DNA from: Anthoceros angustus
Lineage: Eukaryota > Plantae > Anthocerotophyta
Length of the DNA stretch: 64,000 nucleotides
Direction: 5' to 3'
Assembly: GCA_010909165.1 (NCBI GenBank)
Contig: VJWM01000068.1
Coordinates: forward strand, 372,001 to 436,000
Position 1 is the first letter of the stretch, and every line of letters starts with the position of its first letter. Position numbers and translations under genes: made by a program. The notes under the pieces are model-generated. The model was not told the origin of the DNA, did not search any database, and saw only the letters and a program-made list of their open reading frames with translations. Positions 35,442 through 46,508 of the stretch are shown in pieces.

Positions 35442-36900
35442 CCCGCTCGTGCACCAAGCTGCTCAAGCCCCTCAAGCGGCAGCCTCCAATGCGACAACCG
35501 CCAAGCCGATCCATTGCACCTCCTCCGGCCCGTCGGCGTGCCAAGCTCCGAATCCCCAAGCCGCGGCTACACTAGGAGTAAACCACCTTTACCGAAAATC
35601 CACCACCGCACTCATTCCGAGAGATGCCAATCTACAAGAGTACATGGCGTCACTTATCTCGATGACTACCATGTCCAAGGCCCTGCTTCACAACAGCCCG
35701 CCATCGCAGATGTAGCTCCTGCTGTTCCCGAAGTGGACGATCTGTCTACAGAGACAAGTGCCGAAACCGATACCCCTGACAACCGCATGGCAAGAGCGAT
35801 GTTAGCTGCAACTCACATGCTTGACCTAGCAAGCTTGGAAGAAGCAATCAGATCACCAGATAAGGAAGGATGGATGAAGGCAGTCCAGCAGAAATATGAT
35901 TCTCTCATCGAACTGAAGACATGGGTCCTCACCCCACTCCCTCCTCGCCCGCGTTCGGCTCCCGGTGAACCACGCCGAAGGTGCTTGGGCGCTCAAAGAG
36001 ATAGCGCCAGAGCCGGGTTGCGGGCGCAGAGGCTGAGAATGTCTCTGCCTTGAAAACCTTCCTTGACGCGCCTTTGGGAGTAACTGGGCGGAAGGCGCCT
36101 CTTCCATCGTAGCGCGGTGCATGGCTTATTCGACCTTACGCCTCCGCTTACTCGGCCTTCGCCGCGTACTCGGCCTTCGCCGCGCGCGCGATCGGGCGTG
36201 AATACCCTGCGGCCTGGCAGTCGGTCTGGCTGCATGCGCCGACCTCCACTCGGGGCCGTCCACGTGGCGCCGCCTAGTCATCCTCACGGCTCAACTTCTA
36301 AGTTACTTTCCACAGCGTACTTATCCTGTTTGGACACGGGTGGGTCCGGACTTATCCGTTACCCCGTGATGGTGCACCATAGTAGGTTGAGTGCGTTGCC
36401 CACTCCGAGTATACTCGGTCCGGTCCGAGTGCTATCCATGCTTATTCCTCCTTTTCCGCCTTATTTTATCCTCCGCTCCTACGAAAAAAACAAAACCCTA
36501 CTTATTTCTTAACCCCCAAGGGAAGTCCGTAGCGCACACCCGCTCGTGCACCAAGCTGCTCAAGCCCCTCAAGCAGTGCAGCCTCCAATGCGACAACCTG
36601 CCGCTCAAGCTGATCCATTGCACCCTCCGGCCGTCGACGTAGGCCAAGCTCCGAATCCCCAAGCTGCAGCTACACTAGGAGTAAACCACCTGCGGAGAAA
36701 ATCCACAGTGCGGTATCATTCGAGGAGATGCCAATCTACAAGGCATTGGCGTCATCTCGATGACTACCATGTCCAAGGCCCTGCTTCACAACAGCCCGCC
36801 ATCGCAGATGTAGCTCCTAACATTCCGAAGTGGGCGATCATCTGAGACAAGTCAAGGATACCTGACTTCCGCATGGCAAGGCGATGTTGCAACTCACATG
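32640..36900. repeat. Mosaic of near-identical ~600-1000-bp tandem segments
   Basis: 32643-33238 is nearly the same as 33239-33845, with further shuffled copies to 34900. 35950-36900 repeats the nested element's right end and the CCCGC junction (again at 36539-36543). Confidence 0.85.
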
Positions 36901-37624
36901 CTTGACCTAGCAAGCTTGGAAGAAGCAATCAGATCACCAGATAAGGAAGGATGGATGAAGGCAGTCCAGCTGAAATATGATTCTCTCATCGAACTGAAGA
37001 CATGGGTCCTCACCCCACTCCCTCCTGGTCGCAAGGCTATCAAATGCAAATGGACATTCAAACGAAAGCTGAAGTCCGACGGAACTACAGAAAGGCTCAA
37101 GGCAAGGCTTGTGGCTAAAGGCTATAGTCAGAGGCCTGGGCTTGACTACGGAGACAATATCTATGCACCTGTGGTGACTACCTAATCAGTTAGGTTCCTC
37201 CTGGCATTCGCTGCCGAGTATGATCTCGATGTACACTAGCTTGATATCTCAAAGCATTTCTCTATGCTACGCTACATGGAGCAGCCACCCATGTATGAAG
37301 ATGCAAAACAGTAGTCGTGTGATCCTACAAGGTGATATTGAAATCAGCCAGCACTGTGCATATTTGCAGTTTCCCTCAACTGCTTCCATGAAAGCCCATC
37401 AAGAACCAACAGTTAGAAATAGAATGAGCCAAGGACCACCTAAACCCAATTGCATACCCTGCCACCTCTACCCACCACTTCCTTGCCACCTCAATCCACC
37501 GATCCCCTGCCACCCGTACCCAACAGGTCCCTGCACCTCAACCCACCACTCCCCTACCACATATACCTAACACTGTAAACTTAGTCCAAAGCTCTCCTTA
37601 AAGAAAAAGTTTATCAAATATGCT

Positions 37625-39549
37625 GCAGATCTAGGCAGTGTAACCTGTGCTCCACACATCAGGTTCCAGTTTTCATGCTACATACTCCTTGTCAAGCTAG
37701 ACCTCAAGATAAGCCTACTCTCTGCTCTGTGTGTGCTGAGATCTGCTTCCTTACAGCGCGGTGGTGTGGTGGTGACCTCTTCTATGAGAACAGAAATAGA
37801 CAACGTCTCCAACCGGAGTCCGCTTCCTCGTAGTGCGGCGAAGTAGCGCGCGCGACAACTCAAATTTGTTGAGTTACACGCTGACGATCTGTTTGCTCAT
37901 CTCGTACACACATTATAAAATGATTTAGGTAAGGGCCCGCGTGCCGCCGCGTACCTACCTGTTCTCGGTCCCTGTTCAAACATATTGTGACAAGTGCCCG
38001 CTGAGTGAGACAATGCCCGTCCCAAGTAGTCTTTAAATTTAGACTTTCATTTTGAATATTTTCATGAGTATTTTAATTTTAAATTTTAATCTTATATAGA
38101 AATAATATATTTATATATCCTGTAAAAAAATCAAACAGTTTGGAGAAGAAATAAATTAGATCAAATTATTAACGCTACATGAGGACAAAATAACAATGTT
38201 TTGTCCATTTCTAACTACAGTCAGACCCCTCTAATTGGGAACAATTGGGAGTAGCAAAAATCGTCCCATTTAGAGGGGTTCCCGTTTAGGCATTTTCATC
38301 TTTTTTGAAAATAAAAATATTTAAAAAATCAAAAATCCTTTAAATCAAAATTCGAAAGAGCTTAAAAGCTTCCAAAAATCCAAAAATCTAAAAAATCCAA
38401 AAATCCAAAATGCTCCCTCAGACTACGTAGTCACAACCTAATTCTAGTTTGCGGGTTAAAATAATCATCAATCCTTGATTGATCAGTTCTTTCATCCAAT
38501 GACTAGCAATATGTTTTTCCAATGAAAATGCAATTTCAAAGCATCAAGAGTGTTATGTGGCATCTCTTCCAAAAACATCTTTGCTATCCTCATAGCATTA
38601 TCTACAGCATCCTTTGTCTGCAGATCTAGGCAACTCGTGCTCCACACATCAGTTCCAGTATGCTACATACTCCTTGTCAAGCTAGACCTCAAGATAAGCC
38701 TACTCGCCTGTGTGTGAGATCCGCCTCTACATGGGTGGTGTGGTGGTGACCTCTTCTATGAGAAGAAATAGACAACGTCTCCAACCGAGTCCGCTTCCTC
38801 AGAGGCTTAAGAAGGCGACAACTCAAATTTGTTGAGTTACACGACGATCTGCTTGCTCATCTGCACACATTATAAAATGATTTAGGTAAGGGCCAGCGCC
38901 CGCTGCACTACATTCTCGGTCCCCTGCTCAAACATATTGTGCCTACCGAGAGTGAGACAATGCGTCCCAAGTAGTCTTTAAATTTAGACTTTCATTTTGA
39001 ATATTTTCATGAGTATTTTAATTTTAAATTTTAATCTTATATAGAAATAATATATTTATATATCCTGTAAAAAATCAAACAGTTTGGAGAAGAAATAAAT
39101 TAGATCAAATTATTAATCGCATGAGGACAAAATAACAATGTTTTGTCCATTTCTAACTGATCGAGACCCTCTAATTGGGAACAATTGGGAGAAAAATCGT
39201 CCCATTTAGAGGGTTCCGTTTAGGCATTTTCATCTTTTTGAAAATAAAAATATTTAAAAAATCAAAAATCCTTTAAATCAAAATTCGAAAGAGCTTAAAA
39301 GCTTCCAAAAATCCAAAAATCTAAAAAATCCAAAAATCCAAAATGCTCCCTCAGATTACGGCTGCCAACCTAATTCTAGTTTGCGGGTTAAAATAATCAT
39401 CAATCCTTGATTGATCGAGTTCTTTCATCCAATGACTAGCAATATGTTTTCAATGAAAATGCAATTTCAAAGCATCAAGAGTGTTATGTGGCATCTCTTC
39501 CAAAAACATCTTTGCTATCCTCATAGCATTATCTACAGATCCTTTGTCG
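37625..39549. repeat. ~1-kb tandem duplication (37625-38618 and 38619-39549)
   Basis: Both copies start tgcagatctaggca and end atcctttgtc. They differ mostly by scattered 1-3-nt indels. Confidence 0.9.
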
Positions 39550-39981
39550 TCGTGATCTTGGCGCTATGGTCTCCGTGACATATCATTCTCCTCACCCTCC
39601 TCATTGACAGGCGGAGGGACTAGGAACAATGCTTCTGATCACAAAGCATAGTGTACAGAACTACTACATATATAGGCCCAATCTCGATGACTATCTACGT
39701 TTTATGATATAATCTCGATAGCCTTTAACTTGACATAATCTCAATAACTCATGATTTAATCTCGATAAGATGATTTCCTCAATTTTTTTTATTTTTTAAA
39801 AAAATATGTATTTTCCCTTTTACAAAGGTGTACTTGCATTGAATGTTTGGGAGACATGTTCCCATTTACAAATTAGAGAGGTTTCCCATTTAGCATGTAG
39901 CACATTCAAGGGAGTAAGCCCGGGCGTCCCATTTAAAGGGGGTTCCCATTTATAGGGGTCCCAATTAGAGGGGTTTGACTG
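38218..39981. mobile_element. Non-autonomous Tc1/mariner (pogo-like) DNA transposon
   Basis: 23-bp TIRs cagtcagacccctctaattggga / tcccaattagaggggtttgactg (1 mismatch), flanked by TA on both sides. Subterminal cccatttaga/aagggg repeats. True length is about 830 bp if the 1-kb duplication is removed. Confidence 0.8.
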
Positions 39982-40169
39982 TAGTGTGAGCACCAAAGCA
40001 TGCTTGGAAGCATGAAGGCGCTTCCGCTTCTGCACGCCCATCGAGGAATGATGGCCGTGCACAGATTTTGCTGTGGAGGACACATTAGAGTGGGAGTTGC
40101 TTCAAGCCCTGCCTTTGGTGCCTGAAGCCACATCGTACTTCTCTGCTAACCACTCAGTGGTTAGCAGAG

Positions 40170-40325
40170 ACTATGCCAACACATCGTACAGGAAGAATGG
40201 AAGCATGAAGGCACTTCCGCTAACTAATGTGAGCACCAAAGCATGAAACTATGCCAACATACATCGTACAGGAAGAATGGAAGCATGAAGGCACTTCCGC
40301 TAACTAATGTGAGCATCAAAGCATC
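40170..40325. repeat. ~80-bp tandem repeat
   Basis: actatgccaaca(c/t)acatcgtacaggaagaatggaagcatgaaggcacttccgctaactaatgtgagca occurs twice, with a related partial copy near 39985. Confidence 0.75.
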
Positions 40326-40813
40326 CTCTATTTTCTGGTCATGAGATCCTACCTCAATTGCTAGTTTCCATTTTTTGGTAATTGTATGACAAATATGGCT
40401 CACTTTCGAGAACAAGGGTGTGCATTTTTTCATTGACTACGGTTGTAGGTGTGCAGATCAAGTTAAATACTCTTTCGTGGATTGCTTCCTGAAACTAGAC
40501 TGCAACTGAAAAAAAGACTTGGGACACGCCTCACGGTTGAGGTTACTGAATTTTTTGGTACATTAGGAGTCCCACTTGTTATGGGAGTCCTAGTTGTTCC
40601 ACAACCTCAACTGAGGCAAAATTCCTGGAGATGAAAAACTTCTTGGAGATGAAACTTCTTGGAGATGAACATCTGATACATGCCAACTTCAGAAAGGAGG
40701 GCAATTGCGATGGACACGGAAGACATCTGAAGTTGGCAAAGCCACAACACAACCCAGAAAAGTGCCAAACACTGAGGGGGAGCAGCCGAGGCTAGGTTGC
40801 GACACCTGCATCA

Positions 40814-41316
<503 letters not shown>

Positions 41317-41578
41317 GGCAACTGCAGAAGCACAACCCAACAAGGATGAGAAAAAGTAGCACACAAGAACACCAACAACAGATTGCGCCAATTCTGCCAG
41401 AAGACTCACAGATAGAACGTGGATCAACAAGACGAAGCTACAGGACAACGAAAAAGGCAGCTGAGTGGGCGAACTTGCAATGGGACGATGAGGAAGAGAA
41501 GGGCAGGCTCTCCTTTTATGGCCCAGAGGAGGGGCGAGGGAAGCGAGGCAACACATTCAAAACCAGCAGGGTTTTAAC

Positions 41579-41758
41579 TTTCCCGCGCCCCGGTAGTGGT
41601 CAATCACAACCTCGACGGACGTATAAGGCAGTCGCCGTTACGGGCAACGGCGCCCAGTGTAGACGGTAATGCAATGGACGTGCCAGGCATTGGGATGCAG
41701 GGAAGCTCTTGCATGGTCGCAATTCAAATGGGCAGTTTTCAAATCGGTGGGCGGGAAA
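41579..41758. promoter_or_regulatory. Two E2F-type sites in the divergent H3/mS33 intergenic region
   Basis: TTTCCCGC at 41579-41586 and its reverse complement GCGGGAAA at 41751-41758. Confidence 0.6.
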
Positions 41759-41958
41759 CAGTCCCCACTGCGGTTTGGATTAGGGGATTTCTTACTGGCA
41801 GGTTTATGCCGGTGTTACAGGTTTGGGGGCTGAGTTGGAGGTGGTCTCGGGATCGAATCCCGTAATTGTCATAAACCCACCGCCTTGCACTCTTGCAATG
41901 GGGTGCTGTACTCTGACCTTCGTAGATTCGCTCGGCGACGAGAGCTTGGCCCTGCACA

Positions 41959-42308
41959 ATGAGCGCTCTGCAAGGAGTGAAGGAGGCGGCAGCTCGTATC
42001 TTCGGCCACGTTTTAGGAAACGGATTGAGGTCAGGGCACAAGGTCTTGCGGCAGCCTCTGGTAGGGTCCAAGATTGCGTCATGGTATCCCACGCCCATGC
42101 AGAAGCTGGACCCCATGTTCGAAGATCCCAACGAGAGAAGGTAAATGTTGGATGAGCTGGGTGGAATTTGGTTGCATTGTGGGGGATTCACAATGGCATT
42201 TTGATGTTCTGCAGACGAGTTCTGAAGCTGGAGAGATTGCGGCGTAGAGGCAAGGGTCCCCCGAAGAAGGGGCACGGTAAACGAGCTTCCAAGCGGGCAG
42301 GAAAATAG
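41959..42308 (+). CDS. MRPS33: Mitochondrial small-subunit ribosomal protein mS33 (Rsm27 family), 91 aa, two exons (41959-42140, 42215-42308)
   Basis: Spliced translation MSALQGVKEAAARIFGHVLGNGLRSGHKVLRQPLVGSKIASWYP...RRRVLKLERLRRRGKGPPKKGHGKRASKRAGK*. ARIFG..RS.HK.LR..WYP and RGKGPPKKG.GKR are hallmark motifs. 74-nt GT-AG intron, phase 2. Confidence 0.9.
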
Positions 42309-42656
42309 AGGTTTCGAGCTCGCCAGGGTTTCAAGTTGAAGACTGTAGTGGTATGAAATCCGTCAGGTTAGGGGAATCAAGCTTGGGGCCCTCGGCATGA
42401 GTAGGGCTTTGTAGGTAGAGAGATAGAAGCGAAGATGTAGTGAGGTTGATCCGTGGTCTATCCGAGCAGGGATCTGTGCAGCTTCATTGGCAGGGTTGTG
42501 ACATATGACATTTCCATGACTGTGACCCGTTCAGGGTCATCGTTCAGCAGTGATGAAATTGGAGTCCTTTTGTTCATTCTGGTGCTGTTCACGTTCACCT
42601 CCTTTGGAGATCTGGTTCAGCAGGAGATAGCACGGGGCTCCAATGTTGGTGTCGCC

Positions 42657-45600
42657 ATGCTTTTTTTCACCTGTTTGGTGAGGTTGAAAGTAACGAGGCT
42701 TGCACTGGAGACACATTTCGTTGTTGGTGTACGGTATTCTTCCAATTGGCGTGTGAGTCCTTCGGTAATTCGTGTTTTTCATCTGCGGAGGCACCTTAGC
42801 ACCAAAGCGACGAGCCATGAAGGAAAGTCTGTGGTCTGGCAACGACAGGAGAGTACCTCTCACGCTGATAGCACCCCAACGTCACGACGATCTGCTCGGA
42901 GCGGAATTCACAATCGTGCAGACTTGATCAGATTGTGCAAGCATGGACCCCTTGATGATGCCTTCAGGGTTGTCAATGATCTCGCTCAAAGTGGTGCAGA
43001 TGTTTCTTCCCGTGTATTGCACGATCTGTTGCTCAGGTGTACCAAACAGCAGGATGGGGTAACAGGGAGGCAGGTTCATTCTCTAATAATCAAGAAGGGG
43101 CTTGAGTCTGACACATTTTTGGGGTACCACCTTATTCAGTTGTATTCTGCTTGTGGCAGTCTGCTCGAGGCGCAGGGTGTGTTCAATAAACTGCTCGCAC
43201 CGGACAAGTTTGCTTGGGTGGCGATTATTGTGGCCTATAGCAGGCATGATCAAGCTGGGCAGGCAGTAAATATGTACTTCAAAATGCGAGATTCAGGCTT
43301 AGAACCTGATGGCTACACGTATGTAGCTGTTATCAAAGCCTGTGCAAGGGGTGCAGCACTGACAGCTGGCAGATTGATCCACACAGACATCATGCAACGG
43401 GGTCTTGAATTGAATGTGTTTGTTGCCAGCGCTCTCATTGAGATGTACATGAAATGTGCGAGCTTGGTTGATGCTCGCTCTGTGTTTGATCGTTTGCCAG
43501 AGAAAGACCTTGTCACATGGAATGCGATGATGGGTGGATATGCCCAAGACAAGAACTCCCACGAGGCCCTAGCACTTTACGAGCAGATGCTTGACAAGGG
43601 CGTTGAGCCGAACAGGATCACTCTTCTGAGTGCCCTCAAAGCATGTTCCAGCGCTGGTTTCGAAGTCCTTGGTCAGATTAATAGGCTTCATGCTCATGTT
43701 GTGGAAACGGGTCTGGAGTCAGATTTGTTCATTGCCACTGCCCTCATTGGCATTTATTCAAAATGTGAAAGACTTGAAGATGCAAGACAAATATTCGATG
43801 GGCTGCCGAAAAGAGATGTGGCAACATGGAATGCCATGATTGCAGGATATGCCCAGCATGGAAATGGGTGGGATGCAATTCAGCTATTCTATGCAATGCA
43901 GGAGAGTGGCTTCCATCCAGACAAGGTTACACTTTTGAGCATCTTGAGGGCTGGATCCAGCTTAGCAGCACTTGACCAGGGGAAGCTGATCCATCATCAC
44001 TTTGTCCAAAACGGTTTCTTGATAGATGTAGACGTCGGCACCAGACTCATATGTATGTATGCGAAATGTGGGAGTGTTGGGGATGCCCGACAAGTGTTCG
44101 ATTCTTTGCCAGTGAAGAATCTGGTTTCCTGGAATGAAATGATTGCAGGATATGCTGAGCTCGGATGTGGTTCTGAGGCTATGGAACTTTTCCTGCAACT
44201 AGATCAGGAGGGTTTGCAGCCAAACAATGTGACAATTGTGCAAGTCCTGAAAGCATGTTCCGTTGCAGCAGTTTTAGCTCAGGTCAGGGTGCTCCATGCA
44301 CACGTGATGAAATTGGGTGCAGAGTCAGATCTGTTTGTTGCCAGTTCACTTATTGACTTGTATTCCAAGTGTGGAAATGTGGATGGTGGTCGTAGAGTGT
44401 TTGACAGATTGCCAAGAAGAGACCTGGTGACATGGAATGCGATGATTGCAGGCTATGCCCAGCTTGGCCGTGGTGAGGATGCACTGACTCTCTTTCAGCA
44501 GATGGAAAAGGAAGGACTGCACCCAAACCAGTTTACGTGGGTAAGCATGCTGAAAGCATGTTCGAGACTGGATCAAGGAAAGATTCTTCATGCCAAGATC
44601 CTTCAGAGTGGGCTGGACTCAGATGTAGTTGTTGGTAACAGTCTCATTGATATGTATGCAAAATGTGATAGCCTGGAGAATGCACGCGCGGTGTTCGATA
44701 CGTTGCAGAAAATGGAACAGATTACTTGGACTACAATGATTGCCGGATATGTTCAAGCCAGAAATGGTGAGGAGGCTCTTCAGCTGTTCAAGCGCATGCA
44801 ATGTGAGGGGTTATACCCTAGCAAGCTCACTCTTGTGAGCTTATTGAAGGCATGCACTAGCAGTGAAGCCCTTGACCAGGGTAAGGTGATTCATGACTAC
44901 ATCATTGACAATGCGTTGGAGCTTGATGTGATTGTCGGGAACACTCTGATCTCCATGTACTGCAAGTGTGTGAGCACGAAGGATGCACGCAAGGTGTTTG
45001 ACACAATGCCAGTTAGAAATTTGGCGTCTTGGAATACAATGATTTTAGGTTATGCACAGGATGGCGATTGTGATGAGGCGTTTCGTCTCTTCCATAGTAT
45101 GCAACAAGAGGCGCTGCAGCCAGATAATTATACTTTTGTTGGCTGCTTGAAAGCCTGTTCTACCACATCTGCTTTAGAACAGGGCAAGTGGTTCCATTCT
45201 CAGACTGTGGATGCTAGTTTGGAATTGGACACTTTTGTTGCCAGCACTCTCATTGATATGTACGGTAAATGTGGGAGCATGGAGGATGCCCGTAAGTTAT
45301 TCGACAGGTTGCCAACAAGGCCTCTGGTTGCCTGGACTGCTATGGTTGCAGGATATGCACAACAGGGGGATGGCCAGGAGGCCTTCAAATTCTTTCGGGA
45401 CATGCAGCATGAGGGCATGCTTCCTGATAAGGTCACCGTATTGAGCATCCTGAAGGCATGCTCAAGTGTAGCAGCACTGAGTCAGGGCAAAATTGTTCAT
45501 GCCCAGGCACTGAAACAGGGATTGCAATCAGATGTGACTGTCATCAACAGTCTTGTGGATATGTATGCAAAATGCGGAAGCCTGGAGTCTGCTAGGAAAG

Positions 45601-46304
45601 TCTTTGAAGGAGCTGAGAGGCGAGATTTGGTGTCCTGGAACGCCATGATTGCAGGCTATGCCCAACATGGACGTGGTCGAGAGGCGCTGGACCTCTTTCA
45701 GCTGATGCGCAATGAGGGGATGCATCCAGACAGTGTCACTTTTCTATCGTTACTATCTGCGTGCAGCTATGCTGGTTTACTGGAAGACGGGCTACTCCTG
45801 TTCAGATCCATGCCCCAAACCCCCGAGGTAGAGCACCATGTGCGCATGGTAGATCTGCTTTGCCGCTCTGGGTGTCTGCATGAAGGAGAGGACTTCATAA
45901 AGCAGCTGCCAGCAGAGCCTGACATTGTCGTGTGGATGTCTTTGCTTGGTGCCTGCCGCACATATGGGAGTGTAGAATTGGGAAGACGTGCATTCGAGGC
46001 CATAGTGAGGTTGGATCCCGCAAATGCTGCCGCGCACGTGCTCATGGCAGAAACATATGCTTCCGCTGGCAATTACCAAGAAGAAGCAGAACTGAGGAGG
46101 AGAATGCTCAGAGCAGGCGCAAAGAAGGAACCCGGTCGGACTTGGATGGAGTATGACTCAAAGGTGCACACATTTGTCGTGGAGGACGAAAGGCATTATG
46201 ATAGAAAAGAGATTTATGCACAGCTTGAGAGCCTTATGGAGGCAATTGCAGGGGACGCGGTGAATCATGTTCATGTGGGCCTTGGCGAGAAGCGTGCACA
46301 GTAG
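42657..46304 (+). CDS. PLS-class PPR protein, E/E+ subgroup, no DYW domain; putative mitochondrial presequence
   Basis: Intronless ORF with about 10 P-L-S triplets (MYAKCGS..A..VFD..DLVTWNAMI.GYAQ.G). Ends with E-domain motifs and KKEPGRTWME..VHTFVV. No HxE/CxxC. ATG in gtcgccATG context followed by an R/S-rich leader (LRRHLST). An upstream in-frame ATG exists at 42516. Confidence 0.92.
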   Translation: MLFFTCLVRLKVTRLALETHFVVGVRYSSNWRVSPSVIRVFHLRRHLSTKATSHEGKSVVWQRQESTSHADSTPTSRRSARSGIHNRADLIRLCKHGPLDDAFRVVNDLAQSGADVSSRVLHDLLLRCTKQQDGVTGRQVHSLIIKKGLESDTFLGYHLIQLYSACGSLLEAQGVFNKLLAPDKFAWVAIIVAYSRHDQAGQAVNMYFKMRDSGLEPDGYTYVAVIKACARGAALTAGRLIHTDIMQRGLELNVFVASALIEMYMKCASLVDARSVFDRLPEKDLVTWNAMMGGYAQDKNSHEALALYEQMLDKGVEPNRITLLSALKACSSAGFEVLGQINRLHAHVVETGLESDLFIATALIGIYSKCERLEDARQIFDGLPKRDVATWNAMIAGYAQHGNGWDAIQLFYAMQESGFHPDKVTLLSILRAGSSLAALDQGKLIHHHFVQNGFLIDVDVGTRLICMYAKCGSVGDARQVFDSLPVKNLVSWNEMIAGYAELGCGSEAMELFLQLDQEGLQPNNVTIVQVLKACSVAAVLAQVRVLHAHVMKLGAESDLFVASSLIDLYSKCGNVDGGRRVFDRLPRRDLVTWNAMIAGYAQLGRGEDALTLFQQMEKEGLHPNQFTWVSMLKACSRLDQGKILHAKILQSGLDSDVVVGNSLIDMYAKCDSLENARAVFDTLQKMEQITWTTMIAGYVQARNGEEALQLFKRMQCEGLYPSKLTLVSLLKACTSSEALDQGKVIHDYIIDNALELDVIVGNTLISMYCKCVSTKDARKVFDTMPVRNLASWNTMILGYAQDGDCDEAFRLFHSMQQEALQPDNYTFVGCLKACSTTSALEQGKWFHSQTVDASLELDTFVASTLIDMYGKCGSMEDARKLFDRLPTRPLVAWTAMVAGYAQQGDGQEAFKFFRDMQHEGMLPDKVTVLSILKACSSVAALSQGKIVHAQALKQGLQSDVTVINSLVDMYAKCGSLESARKVFEGAERRDLVSWNAMIAGYAQHGRGREALDLFQLMRNEGMHPDSVTFLSLLSACSYAGLLEDGLLLFRSMPQTPEVEHHVRMVDLLCRSGCLHEGEDFIKQLPAEPDIVVWMSLLGACRTYGSVELGRRAFEAIVRLDPANAAAHVLMAETYASAGNYQEEAELRRRMLRAGAKKEPGRTWMEYDSKVHTFVVEDERHYDRKEIYAQLESLMEAIAGDAVNHVHVGLGEKRAQ

Positions 46305-46508
46305 CGTGCCTGGAGACGCAGCTCAAGTGCCTACCTGCTGTTGGCAAGCTTTATGGTGTTGAATGATGAGAACCCTTATCTACCTGTAGAGGACTGCGAC
46401 GCGAACCGCCCCACTCAGGACAAACGGTGATGGGGAGGTCACGTACCTGACCCTCAATGGAATGTGGCATACCACCCGTCATTCCCCTAGGACGTCCGTC
46501 AAGCAAGC

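Larger units (their letters stand above)
25597..37270 (+). mobile_element. Decayed, 3'-truncated Ty1/copia retrotransposon (5' LTR ~25597-26009, PBS 26010-26021, gag-PR-INT, start of RT) interrupted by a nested element
   Basis: CA followed by TGGTATCAAAGC PBS. Gag YDVWATRMQGHLEDADLW, CCHC CNWCRKPGHYEREC (27364-27405), protease WYLDSGA, FWHLRLGHP, integrase VHVDLCGPM and RSDGGGEF, RT KCKWTFKRK..KARLVAKGYSQRPGLDY (36898-37185). Stops and frameshifts present, no 3' LTR. The LTR left boundary is approximate. Confidence 0.9.
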
